Shown: in pieces, positions 1 to 12,745 of the stretch
How positions within the stretch are numbered: position 1 is the stretch's first letter
How the letters are laid out: every line of letters begins with the position of its first letter
Assembly: GCF_006345805.1 (NCBI RefSeq)
Contig: NC_042998.1
Location: forward strand, 108,314,001 to 108,378,000
Length of the DNA stretch: 64,000 nt
DNA from: Octopus sinensis
Taxonomy: Eukaryota
Direction of reading: 5' to 3'
Translations under genes and position numbers: made by a program
Notes under the pieces: generated by a model
Database searches by the model: none
What the model saw: only the letters and a program-made list of their open reading frames with translations
What the model was told of the DNA's origin: nothing

Positions 1-546
1 ATTCCTAAAATACTTCAACGATTTACTACCATTACCATCAACACAGAAAACAAGTCACAATCCAGTATGACCCAGCCACACTGTTATAAAATTTAACGTT
101 ATTGATTTATGCCAACTAACCTATTTTGTTAACATTATCAGACACTTTTTCACACCATCCCATTTTTCAGTAACTACATTGTTGGTTTTGCTTGGCTTTA
201 ACAATCACCAAACCATTAACGTATGAGATTTTGACATGCAATCAGCCTATCATGTTTTCCTATTCACTAGATTAGACAACTAAATTTCTACTAAAGAAGG
301 ATAACAATTTATGTGCATTAAATTGTTACATATTTGGGTAGGCAGGCTCTACTTTTGTAACGAATATATTATTGCTAATGTTAAAATTTTGATGTAAATG
401 ATATTGAGCTTTAAAAGCACCGATCTAGTACAGAAAAAGACAACATATCCGCACAGGCTTGTTACTTTAAAATTAGTGTTTCTAATGTTTAATAAATATA
501 AACTCTTTATATTATCCAGATTAAGTGACATCTTTTCTAATTTCAG

Positions 547-587
547 TCCCACCAGGGCCAACTTCGTTTTTCACTCATTCAAAGTCG
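547..587 (+). other. Candidate 41-nt exon of an unidentified host gene
   Basis: Acceptor ttttctaatttcag| and donor GTCG|gtaaga. All three frames are open; the phase 2->1 frame reads PTRANFVFHSFKV. I recognise no homology. Confidence 0.25.
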
Positions 588-1099
588 GTAAGATAAAACT
601 TAATAGTGAAATGAAATTACTTCAAATAGCTTCCCTTAGATAATATCTCCCACCCTAGAAAAATTGGCCCTCTACTTTGCAGTAATACAGTCCTTATTCC
701 ATAAATAATAATCTTATATGACTAATGTTATGATAAAATGTTTGCAAATGAGCTCTCAACATCTTTCTAGAAATGTAACTAATTCTGGGCTAATTCATGC
801 ATCTTATAGGAATATTTATTGGAAGAAGCAATTTTATTTCTGGCTGTTTCTCGTGACTCTCGATTTTGAATGGCTCATCAACATGTTGAAGACATCTAAA
901 TTCTAGGCAAAACCTACATTTTATAAGAAGGTTTTTAGGAAGAGATAATTGTCTTTCTGGATGTTTGTCGCAGCTTATCTGTTTTATTATCTACTTATGT
1001 ATTTGAGCGGGAGTATCTAATAAAGCATATATCGTCTCAGTTATGTACTACCGCTTGACAGTCGTACCTTGTCCCAAGAAACTTTTGGATAGATCGGAG

Positions 1100-1500
1100 C
1101 GCTTATTTTTCCCTTTCTTGTGAAAAGGGCAACATACTTTGGTCAGAAAATCCACCTGCTGTCAACAACCACTCTGTTATTGTCTCGGGATGCCATCCTT
1201 AATGATGCATCAGCAAGCGCTGACGCTGACGCACCTGCAGAAATATCTATATCACTGCGATAGTATCAACGACGACATCGAAAACGAGAGGGAACTGGTA
1301 TCTATGGGCAACTTTCAAAAGTCCTTTGCATAGCAGTGCTACAGGGTAGACACTACTTCTTCGGGACAAGCACTTCAGGAATGGAACCGCTAGAAGCCGA
1401 ACCTGTTCAGTGTCCGTGCGTTAGCAGCTTGTGGTCTGGTCTCGAACAGTTGCTATGTTGTGTGGGGCGAATCCAGCTGTCCGCCGTGTGTGCAGTGAAG
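1100..1500 (+). mobile_element. Highly decayed RTE (BovB-like) LINE 3' fragment
   Basis: Frameshifted peptides LGMPSLMMHQQALTLTHL, YGQLSK and LLRDKH resemble the RTE C-terminal pattern AGIPS..LRQRRLRWLGH / LYGEL..G.R / GRPLLRYKD. Confidence 0.4.
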
Positions 1501-1508
1501 ATTAAGTC

Positions 1509-1543
1509 TTACTCCCCTTCTCTTTAGCAGAGAAGGGGAGTAA
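1509..1543. repeat. Perfect 15-bp stem hairpin with 5-nt loop
   Basis: ttactccccttctct-ttagc-agagaaggggagtaa; the arms are exact reverse complements. Confidence 0.9.
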
Positions 1544-1967
1544 AACTTTCTCTGTTTAGTGGTTGTGGCAAAAGAGGTTGTGTAGTGGTTTCTTCTGAAG
1601 GGTTTGAAGACATACTCTTTTCTATTTGACCAAATTGTCATCGATTTTATTCAAGTATCATTTGAAGATGAAGGCGAAAATAGAGAGGAAGATAATGTCT
1701 TCCAGTGAGTTTATGGAAAGGTGGATGAAAGTGGTAAGATTAGCGATTCTGAATGAGCCTACTTTGAGTATACTCCTTTAAATAGAAGGAAAGAAACTGA
1801 GGACAGCATGGTATGTGGAGTTTTCCCTAAGTGGAGTGCCTCCTTGTTAGGGATTCTATTTATTTATTTTTTATGTCTATGAATTCCTTTTGATAGATGT
1901 AAATTTCAATTTATGTGCTGTATTCCGTTCTTTAATGTTGTCCTAAATGCCTGGGCCTCTTGTGGCA

Positions 1968-2162
<195 letters not shown>

Positions 2163-2345
2163 AAGCTCAAATCCCTCCAAGATTAACTTTGCTTTTCATT
2201 GTTCCGATAAGTAGGAGGAAAGAAATTGGAAGTGGACACTTTCAATGCCTTGTAGACGACAGAGTACTACTCAAATAGTGAGGTCGATCTAATCGATTAA
2301 CCCTTTCCCTTTTAAAACTGCTGGCCTTGTGCCAAAATTACCATG
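2163..2345 (+). mobile_element. Decayed tRNA-derived SINE remnant
   Basis: gctcaaatccctccaagattaactttgcttttcat...gaggtcgatctaatcgatt...gctggccttgtgccaaaatt matches the body and tail of the SINE copies at 18.1 and 25.4 kb in opposite orientation. Confidence 0.6.
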
Positions 2346-3180
2346 AAAAACTCTCAGATAGGTCTTTATTATCGGTTATTCTTTACTTAAAAGCAGGCAA
2401 CAACAAATCACCAAAGGCTTCAAGTAGTGCCTTCTCCTATGACTCAAAGAGACAATACTGTACTTAGATTGCGAGCTGTACCCAACAATGATGTCTTCTG
2501 GATCACATCGAGCCTGACAATAGCTCCAATATTCTTAATATGTTTTTCAAAGCCCTTGCAAACTGCTCCTAATGATCCTATTACCACCGGTATCACCATT
2601 ACTTTCCTCATGCTCCATAACTTTCCCATCTTGTCCCGCAGTGGGTGGTATTTTTCAATCTTTTGTTTCCTTACATTTGCCCTCGAATCGCCTGGTATTG
2701 CAACTTCTATTATCTTTACTTCTTTTTCATCGTTATGGATGAGCACGATATCAGGTCGTCTCGCCTCTATGACTTGGTCATACTGCATGTAAAAATCCCA
2801 GAGTATTTTGTAATGTTCGATTTCCAATACTCCCTCTGGCTATTGTTCGTCACATTGTTCGGCTCTCTCGAGGTTTGCTTTACCGAACAACAGCTAGTGG
2901 ACATATCTGGCCACATTGTTGTGTCTCCTTTTACATTCGTGTTGTGCGAGCGTACAACACTCACTAACAATATATATGACTTATACTTGCTCCCTTCTCA
3001 GAGCACATCCTTCACTGTGTTTTTATTAATGTGATATTTGGAGTAGTTTGTTCTGAGAGCTTGTTCTTGAGCACTAATATCTCAGTGGGACCTTTTAAGT
3101 CTCCTTTCTGCAGCCATTGCCAGGTTCTATGCCAATCAATCTCATCTTTATTCTTCAAGAACTGACTGTGCATTTTCATA
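2346..3180 (-). mobile_element. R4/Dong-clade non-LTR retrotransposon 3' fragment (zinc knuckle + RLE), family A
   Basis: Minus-strand peptides MHSQF..WQWLQKGDLK..AQEQALRTNY..IVSECCTLAQHECKRRHNNVAR (decayed CCHC region) and KILWDFYMQYDQVIEARRPDIVL..IIEVAIPGD..KIEKY..VIPVVIGSLG..QKTSLLGTAR (PD-(D/E)xK restriction-like endonuclease). Frameshifted. Confidence 0.92.
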
Positions 3181-5129
3181 AAAATAACGAAATTTCATGT
3201 GATACCGGACTGCTGCATAAAGTATGTTTTGTTTGTTTGTTTATATGTTTATCGGGGAAAGATGGGCAACATTTATAGCCATTTTATAGGGTCTCTGAGT
3301 CTTCTGAAAGAAAGGCGCAAGATCTTGATATGCCTAAAACAGAAACCTGGCCTGAATGCTTGCAATAAAGCGAATCACTCTCGAATCCCGCAAAGTTAGA
3401 GGAAATATGAATTTTACAATTCACGAACAGGTCCAATCCATCCAACGGCTTTGAACGGTTTCCATATATTTCACTCGTAAAGTATGAATCGAGTCGAGGA
3501 TCTGGTAAAACACTTGACCAATGTGTCACGTCTTGATAATGAATACAGAATCTCGTCATTGCGAAGTAACATTTTTCAATACACAGTCACTACTGTGCAT
3601 TTAATACTATATACATTTTCAGGATTTGAAAGAATCGGGTTTATTTCAACTGCTAAAGGCAAATCTTCTGCAGTTAGCGTGGAGAAAAAATCTCTCTTGT
3701 GGTAAAAATGTGTAAAAATACTCAGTTCGTTTAGTGTCGCCATCTGTCGGGTTATATACATTCACATACACCTAGATATGGATGAAGATTTCATCCATAG
3801 TTTCCAGGGATGAAAATCTGTATATACACGAAGAAAAATAGCCATCTCTGTAAAAGGACAGTTTTGATATATTATTTTTATGCTATTTTCTCGTGCGCTT
3901 TCTCTAAGTTTGGCAAGAATCGTAAAGCTTTTCTTTTGGAGAATATACAGTGCATACAGTACAGTTGTATAACATTATAGTGAATGCGTTTTACTTCATA
4001 TATTTTACAAATGCTTTCGAGAAAAGTTTGAAAGTTATAGTTTTAAATTTACTTTCTATTAATTTCGTCTTACCAACGTATGATTGTATAATTTCTGACT
4101 CTTAAATTCAATTCCTAAACATATTAATGAATTCACTTTAAAATGGCCTGAAATGAAAATATAATGATTTAAATGATTTTCCTCCATTTGACATTTCAAC
4201 GCAATATTTTATTCATTGATATTCATCACTCACCATGATTAGTGAATTTGTTCCCAGGTATGGCAGCTCATGCCATATGTACAACGACCAATGTCATTAC
4301 CAAATAACAGCCAGTTATTCATATTCCTTAATCTGCTAACAATTGTTGACTCATGGCCGCCATTTTGTTAATCGATTTTGCAATAATTAAAATTACAAAT
4401 CGCAACTGAAATTAACTGCGTACAATATTTTACAAATTAATTTTTAGCTCATGTGATGATTCAGAAATAGCTTCATTTAATTCCAAGGACTAATCCAGTG
4501 CGAAAAAGCTAATAACGAGTCTTTATCTTTACATTTGGCCGCAGAAAGACTCAGTCCTCGACATCAATACATGTCTCGTATCTATTTTATCGACTCACCA
4601 AGAATAAAATTCAGACAAACCGATCTAAGCAAGTAAACTAACCTTCCAACAATTCTCCATCTCGATCGATCCCAGCTCTAATAATAATTTGTAATATATA
4701 TACAAAACTGTAAAGGTCGAGAGAAGGGTGTAGAAAATTTATATCAGTACTTGAATGGTACTTTACTTTATCGACATCAAAAATAATTCTGTTGTTATCC
4801 GAATCTACCATTCTTTTATTCTATATTTTGATAAATCTTGGAGTCTTTCCGACACGTACCTCAAACTGTGTTATTCTTATTTAAACTTATTTAGCATTTC
4901 GTGGTTTTGCTGTGAAATTCATCTTTGTATTCTAAAAAGTAAATTTGAATAATAGTTTCCCCCGCTCCCCAAACAGCATTTCACTCGAAATAATTAGCAT
5001 CATTGTTGCCAATGTTAGAAAATGAATTTCTGTGGGATAGGTTGATGCTAGTCAATAAATGTGTGTGGGACTTTGTGATTGAATGTCTTTGGCGTTAATG
5101 ATAATTCTTTTTGAGCGAGAGAGTACGAA

Positions 5130-5134
5130 ATATA

Positions 5135-5170
<36 letters not shown>

Positions 5171-5236
5171 GAGAATTAGAGCAAGAGAGAGAGAGTGAGT
5201 GAGTGAATGAGTGAGAAAAAGAGGGATTGAGAGTGA

Positions 5237-5284
<48 letters not shown>
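5130..5284. repeat. (TA)n + (GA)n microsatellites
   Basis: Directly visible. Confidence 0.95.
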
Positions 5285-5288
<4 letters not shown>

Positions 5289-5519
5289 TAAACTGACTAA
5301 AATTGGAATGGAGATATGCGACAAAAAACGAATCTATTTCTTGGTAGTTATGGAGACAAACTCGAATTTGACTTTGTCTTAAAGACTGTTACCAGATTAT
5401 AGACAAACTTTAAGAGTACGGTTTCGAGTAAATATAGTTCACTGGTTGTAACTTAATAACATTCGAAATTTTTGCAAGGGTTCCATCTGATTGAAGAACA
5501 TTTTGTTAATTGCACACTA

Positions 5520-6360
5520 ACATAATGTGGTGGCTTATAAATGGACTGGGTACTTGGCTGATGGTGGCTCAATCTAGTTGTGGAGCACTCACTAGTTAAA
5601 CTAGGATTATTGGCATGGATTTTGCTGATGATGCAGTCATTCTGGTTGAGTCAGTGAATGTTTTAAGGAATGCTCTCCTGTCACTAAATGAGGAAGTGGA
5701 ACCACTTGGCCAAAGGGTTTCTTGCTGTAAGACAAAGATTAAATTTTTCGTTGGCTGTCTGGGGGACTCCATCTCGTCTGTTTATGTTGCAGGTGAGACT
5801 GCCGAAGTTGACCGCTTCACTTGTCTCGGTAGTGTGATTAATAGCAGCATCAGCCGCTAGTCCGAAGACTTAGATGCGTTGGTGTAGTTGTGAATTCTCT
5901 GGTCAATTAAGTTTGGCGCTGCCGATGTCTAAGTAGAGGGACAACGGTTAAGTTTTTCAGGTCTTTGATCCTCTCTACCTTTCTCTATTGTTGCGAAACT
6001 TGGACACTGTCCGAGGATCTTAGGAACCACCTGAAATCCTTTTGTACTAGGACGTTTCGCAAGATTATAAGTTGCCATTGGTCGGATTTCGTATTCAACT
6101 AACGATTATACTCAGAAATATGTATGCGTCCTGCTGCCTCTATAATTCGGGAGCGTCAGATCAGACTGTTTGGTTATGTTGGATCCGGCTGTGGTGGCAG
6201 CTCGCGTTGGTCGGCTACGCAGCACATGGTCACCTCGGATAAGGATGTATCTCGCAGAAATGAGGACTGACTGAGACATTGTTCAGAGGTTGCACGGGAC
6301 GATCCGAGCAAATACCGACAAATGATGTATGTTGCAATGCACTGCAACGTCGCATATACT
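5520..6360 (+). mobile_element. RTE-clade LINE, 5'-truncated (RT motif C to 3' end), pseudogenised
   Basis: DFADDAVILVES..LNEEVEPLGQRVSCCKTK, FTCLGSV, LLYCCETWTL-like and RERQIRLFGYV motifs are typical of the RTE RT/thumb region; stops and frameshifts present. Confidence 0.88.
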
Positions 6361-7580
6361 TATACCCAATCTAAAAAATTGTCAATCATTAACTTGATAA
6401 ATTGATTAAAGTTTTGGTAATTATCGTTTTCATTGGTATACTTACTTTGATTATTCACTAAAATGTTTCAATAGCCAACTGTTTCATTTACCATTCTTCT
6501 AAATCTCATTATGCACATTCTGTTTTTAACTTTTGCAGTCGTTGTTTCTTGGCAGTATCATTCTGAATTTTGTCTTTAAAGGTTATTTACTAAAGCTCGA
6601 TTTATAATCCCTTATCGTACAACTCTATCATTCTTTTAAAATAGAAGTAATTTTACATTTCTATCCAGGTCTAATCTTCACAGCCCTGCCAATGTACGAT
6701 TAATATAGACGGTGTAGCTACAAGGAAATAGTTGCATTACTATTTTGTTCCTAATGTCTTTCATCCGAGTTAAAATTATCAAATCGATAGAATAAATATC
6801 TATAAGATTTTGAGATTGATTTGAGGCATTTACAGCGATTTCTTTCACAAAAAATATTTTTACTGAAAAATTCTGTTTTCTTACAATAAATACTACATTA
6901 TTCATGTTTTCTTAGATAAGTTTAAAGATTCGTTTAGATGCTTAGATTATATCGATATGTTAGAACTATAATATTTATGTATATAGTGTACGTATAACAT
7001 CCACACGTTTAGGCTATAACGTCTATACGTTTGGACTGCAATGAGAAATCTTTATTTCTAGAACTCCTTTATTATTAAGTGTTATTGAATGACAAAATTG
7101 ACGGAATATCAGATTATCTCATGGATTTTCTTGCATAATTTAATTTGGTTGCTTTTCTGTCCAAATTTTGATGGACTCCATTGAAGTTATCTCTTTGGGC
7201 ATTGATTCTGTGAATTAAACTCCTTACACATCTGGATCTTTGCGCAAATGAAGGAAGTCATAAAAGTAAAACCTAAGTAAGAACAAAACGAGTCTTAAAA
7301 ATAACAATGATTCATACGATTATTGTTAGTTGCAATGTGAGAGTCTATGACTGAATTGATATGAAGTACCAAACCTTTACACAGTCCTATGTAAGCCTTG
7401 GAAGGTATTTTACCTTTGCTTTCTCAAATAGAAACTGCCAGATGCAATGCTTTTGTTTTTGTTTTTATGGAAAGTATGCATTACAAGGCATTACTTGCCT
7501 TATACAGATCGAATATTTGAGTTTTTGTTTTAAAGAAAAAATATCGATACGGATCATTATATCTCCCTATTTCGTCACAG

Positions 7581-7631
7581 TAGCTAAACCACAAAATGCC
7601 GGAACAGGCGATTTTATCGCTACGAAACGAG
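7581..7631 (+). other. Candidate 51-nt symmetric (phase 1-1) exon
   Basis: Acceptor tctccctatttcgtcacag| and donor CGAG|gtaatt. Locally CpG-rich; reads VAKPQNAGTGDFIATKR(G). Not part of any repeat I recognise. Confidence 0.35.
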
Positions 7632-8658
7632 GTAATTAAGCATTTGAAGTAGCAAGCTGGCAAATGGTGTCAAAATATTCAGAAGTGTTTGATAGAAATG
7701 GGGAATTCATTGATCTAAAATGTATACTTTAACTGACAGAAGTTAGATGACGTAAATCACAGATGTCAGTGTTGATATTAAGTAAAAAAATCTAAATTTG
7801 TCTGTTTTGTTTTTACTTAACTATTTATTACAAAAAGTTTATATTCTTAAACATTTGAAGATATCAATAGTTACATACTTAATGTAAGTATGAAGGAAGA
7901 CACAAACGATGTATTAATAACAGTTCTCGACTTAAGAGTTGTGAGTTGATATCCACTTAGATAATACCTTCTGCCTCCAACCATCTACAAGCTTTTGATA
8001 AGAAAATAAAGAAAACTTGAGCAACAAGAGAAAAAAAATCTAGTAAATTTCTTGACAGTGTTGAGAATCAATCTTGTCATGCGGAAATAATAATGAAAAA
8101 GAAAAAAAGAATGCTTTCTATTTTTTAAATTTTTATTTCTGTTCTGTGCACCAACATAACTAGCTTATTCGAAGAGCAAAACAATTATATATAAAACCGT
8201 TACAAGATACAGCTTCAGGGATCGAACTCTGAGAATAGAAACTTTTTTATTGAAATGATTACTGAAATGACATTACATGAATCATATAGAAAAATTAATT
8301 AATAGAACCATACTCAAATTAACGTTTAAAAAATTAAGCTGATCACATTTGCCTGTAAGAAATATACGGAGAACGTGAGATGTAAAGGTTAGAAATAGTG
8401 AATTATACAGAAATTAACGAGGATATCCTTTTCACATCACATAATTTCTGCATTTGAATTACCTCCGTGATATCACGCTTTCGAATTTCAACTTGGTAGA
8501 GCCGTTACCAAATACATAAACGTCACGATTTTTTTTTATTTACCGTAATTTATGCTCAGTTAAATAATTTATTAAGCTTGCTTACACAGAGGTGGTTTTA
8601 GAAATGTACCGGAAGTATTATATAGACAACAAGCGCTGATTTATACAATGCAAATGTA

Positions 8659-8877
8659 GGATCTTTACCTTTTGACCGACAGATTTTTAAAATACGACTT
8701 TTTTAAATACCGAAATACGACTATTTTAACGTAAATAACTTCCTAAATATAAGCTTTTCTCAAAAACGCTAAGAGTAAAAGATGTTTTATATGACACATT
8801 CTACCAGTGTCCGAAGTTTGAAAGTGGTTAGTTACAATAAATTATTTTTAAATATGCCGGTCAAAAGGTAAAGATCC
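8659..8877. mobile_element. 219-bp MITE, Merlin-like (GG-terminal TIR, 8-bp TSD)
   Basis: Perfect 20-bp TIRs ggatctttaccttttgaccg (8659-8678) / cggtcaaaaggtaaagatcc (8858-8877). Exact 8-bp direct repeat caaatgta at 8651-8658 and 8878-8885. Confidence 0.9.
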
Positions 8878-10744
8878 CAAATGTACATAGGCAACAAACA
8901 TAGATTATACCATATAAATAGAATTTTGATAATTACCAACGCTGTTCTTTAGCTTCAAATCATCTCGGATCAAGCAGACACATAGCAAAACACATTTTAG
9001 TCTTCGACAGACACCCACGTTTTTTCAAGTGCCTGTCTAAGGCTATATCATGTCTATCTTTATTAAAGACTGTAGAGTCCAATTGGTGGGGAGACTTGGC
9101 CGTTATTCCTAGCACGTGGTTGCCTATAGTATGTGGTTGCCTGACCTGCTACAAATAGCAGCCAATTAGTTTAAATTATTCTGAATGGTAAACAGAGTGA
9201 AATTGTCTCGAAACGAAGTATAACGAATAAGACACAAAATCACAAGCAATCAAGATTTAACATTGTTTGACTTTTGCTTTCTTATAACATCGTTGATTAG
9301 GCATGAACCCAATTAAAGTTCGATTTTGTTCAAGAAGACAAAACTTGGTTTATAACGAGATGTGAAATCCCGATTCATGGATTAACATCCTTTACTTGAT
9401 ATTGATTATATTTAACATCCAATTATTGATTCTCAGTTCAGGAAGTTATTCTAGGAAATGGCTTAGAAAGAAAGCGTTATTGCTTTCGATTCACGAATTA
9501 ACGAAACCACCTCTACACTAACATCATTGTCTTAACAGAATCAATATTTATTTTGCTTTAGCAGGAGGTGTTGATACACAAGAGTGATACGACATCAGTA
9601 TATTGCTAGATATGAACTGGAGGAAGTGCTCAGTGCGTGACAAATGACTCTCGCACGGGGATGAGTTGGTGACATTCTGTTTGAACGACTATAGTCCGAA
9701 GTTTGTAAGAAAGACATGGGCAGAGAGAGGAATTACATTGCGTTGCAGTTTGTAGGGAGGAGGATTAGGTGGGTTTGCTATAAGTAAGACACCACATGAA
9801 TAACGTGGTAGAAGATAGTTGTTCAGGCGTTATGTGGAGAAGGGGTATATAGATAAGGGGATCAGAAAAGGAGAGATCATTTTAGTAGTAGCAGATGAGT
9901 AGAAATGAACAAACAGCTATCCATGGGCTAGTGGTTGGTGCAAGCCGATAGCATAGGTATTTACTCAGAGGTTCGGAACAAGATATAGATGCCATAAATA
10001 CCTTATACAATTCTTTGACTCCAACCGAAATACATTCTTAGGAGATTACTGAGGAAAGAAGTGAGTTGGTAGAAACGGCACGCCGTTGAATTAAGCCTCT
10101 GCAGTGTTTAGTTACTTACCAGAGCCGTACTAGAAAGATAATTAATTGTCAATTCATTCTATAATCCGTTTCAGTCACAATAGCCTAGCTGATGCTAATC
10201 GTAGGAAATCAATACTTTTGATAGTCTGAATTAGGACTGCAGATTTGGAAAGGAATGATACGAAACTGGTGGATTAACATCGCAAGGTATAGTGCCTAAT
10301 GTTCTGAAAAGCTGTTAATCTGGATTTATATTCTCTGTCCGATAACTTAACACTAACTAGAAACAAAAGATAATTTTGTTTGACTAAGCTCATATTGAAG
10401 AGAGTGCTCCAGTATGGCCTTAGTTGTGGAAGCTAAAACCAAGAAAAATAGAAAAAAATCCCCGTCGGAAGAATATTACTGGAAGTTATATTGTAAATCT
10501 GAATTTAGAAACATAAGGTACTGATTTAGATTCTATAAAATAACAAATCAGATTCTCTTTCATCTCGGTCAATATTAACTGTCATAGATGTATAAATATG
10601 ACAGACGAAATATACCAATTTAAAACATGATATAGTTAGAAACATAAAATATGGTGTTAATATTCTGATCAATGATTATACTATTTTAGAAAAATGAAAA
10701 AAAAATCTCTTAGAAATAAGTTATTTATTTGATTATTTTTATTT

Positions 10745-11000
10745 TCCAGTTATTCGGTTTTAATAGCAAGAAAGGTGAGCCAACCAGAGAGGCCTCTGCT
10801 GGGTCGCTCAACCTACAGAAATAACAGCAAATGTATCTCAAATCACGTCTTAGTATCTTAAAAGTGGATGACATTGGATAATGTATGTAGTCCTTGCTAT
10901 CTTATACACCCAAACAAGACGAGATAATTACGAATTGAACTCTTTTTGTTATAGTTCTACTGAATACGGTGGACCTGGGGCTGCACAACAACAAACATGA
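10745..11000 (+). mobile_element. Decayed SINE-like repeat with palindromic core (gtcgctcaacct..agaaataacagc) and ggggct..caacaac tail
   Basis: Related pieces at ~9090-9170, ~11765-11850, ~26870-27080, ~41340-41380 and (minus) ~61060-61200 share gacctgctagaaatagcagccaaatctccctc-like blocks. Confidence 0.55.
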
Positions 11001-11295
11001 TTCTGTACAGATTCTAAACAGGATTCACATTACAAAATGTATTGGAACCAGTTTGATTTACGTCAGCAGAGATCAGTTTAGTTTTGTAACATAAAATAAA
11101 TTCCTTGTGTTGTGAGAAGTGGTTCCTACGTTTCAAAGAGAGTTCTTTCTTTGACGATTTAAGTATTATAAGGGCTCATATCAAAAGAAAAAAAGTCCTC
11201 AGAAATTCCCGAACGGAATACGAACTTATATTTCTTATATAAACCGATTCTATATATAGTGTACAATCAGAGGTGATATAATGCTACATCGTATC

Positions 11296-11711
11296 TATTT
11301 CTTTACTACCCACAAGGGGCTAAACATAGAGAGGACAAACAAGGACAGACAAACGGATTAAGTCGATTATATCAACCCCAGTGGGTAACTGGTACTTATT
11401 TAATCGACCCCAAAAGGATGAAAGGCAAAGTCGACCTCGGTGGAATTTGAACTCAGAACGTAGAGCAGACGAAATACCTATTTCTTTACTACCCACAAGG
11501 GGCTAAACACAGAGGGGACAAACAAGGACAGACAAACGGATTAAGTCGATTATATCAACCCCAGTGGGTAACTGGTACTTATTTAATCGACCCCGAAAGG
11601 ATGAAAGGCAAAGTCGACCTCGGCGGAATTTGAACTCAGAACGTAGCGGCAGACAAAGTACCGCTAAGCATTTCGCCCGGCGTGCTAACGATGCTGCCAG
11701 CTCGCCGCCAA
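11296..11711 (-). mobile_element. tRNA-derived SINE head-to-tail dimer with 18-bp TSD
   Basis: Pol III A box (tggcagcatcg) and B box (gttcaaattcc) on the minus strand. Second monomer lacks the head; junction gaaatacc|tatttctttact at 11478/11479. TSD ataatgctacatc(g/a)tatc at 11278-11295 and 11712-11729. Confidence 0.92.
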
Positions 11712-12745
11712 ATAATGCTACATCATATCGTCAACAACACGAGCCAACAGGGCACGTCAGCGCTGTTGCCTGATCTATTAGAATAATAGATATACCAACC
11801 AGATTTCCCACAAATCACGTAATAAAGTCTTAGAAACAGAAAGATAATTTAGAGACTGTAGTCCTACATGCATTATGCCTTACAAGAAGACGGAATTGTC
11901 ACTGCTTCACATTTTTGGCTATAGGGCTACTCAGTCGTAGTTGAACTTGTGTTGAACAGCAGTAATGCTATAAAACTGTATCATTTCGGTTGCATGACAC
12001 CCTTTTTTGAAGACTAAAGGAGAAAACTTTAATTTCCCTTTCGATGGGATCAATAAATCAAGCACACGTGTCAAATATTCACATCCTTTTTTAACAAGTT
12101 CTATCTATAAAATGGTTGTGTACAATTTAACAATACCGTTCCTTTATCTTGATCTGGTCTTGAGTTGTTTATTTATCGTTAATTAATTTAACTGTGGTGT
12201 TATTTATTGCTAATTTAACCATAGTTTTTAAACATTGAAATGGTATTACGCTCTTAATTTCAGCAGATAAAATTTTCAGTTTCTCAATAAAATCGCTCCT
12301 TCAATTCTTTTTGCATCATTTGTTCCCTTTGGATTGGATTTCTATCTTAGAACTCAATACATTCTATACACTAAATATATAATACATTAGATATCTCTAG
12401 CTTACGGAACTTCGTGTCTCACTATGTCATGTTTATATTCATGGGTAATATTCAGACAGGAGCGACTAATTACTTCTCCAATTAGTTTTAAGAGTATTTG
12501 TAATCCTTTGTTCAAAATCAAGTAAATGCCGAACCAGGAAGGGTTATGCATGCGTGTATATATATATGTGTGCATCAATATTTGTCTCTATGTATGTATT
12601 ATAAATATGTAGCTACAGAAAGGAAAACCAATATATGAGCATTTAAATTCTGCTGAATGTGAGCTTGCTTAAGACAGATTCTCCATAATTTTATCGTATA
12701 TTTGTGCTTATCCTAACGATCTGCAGTGCTTTTAATATATACAGA

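Noticed and set aside
3400-3560. P-loop-like SSRGSGKT after FPYISLV (possible ATPase relic, e.g. Polinton-type)
   Set aside because: The first Gly of Walker A is missing, there are in-frame stops on both sides, and no Walker B or other supporting motif is visible.
3736-4370. CTCF-like cgccatctgtcgg (3737) and YY1-like gccgccattttg (4356) motifs
   Set aside because: Single short motifs with no CpG island or other promoter evidence; such motifs also occur in DNA-transposon ends.
10750-10774. 25-nt exon candidate with strong splice signals (ttttccag|..AAG|gtgagc)
   Set aside because: It lies in the left arm of the decayed palindromic SINE-like repeat.
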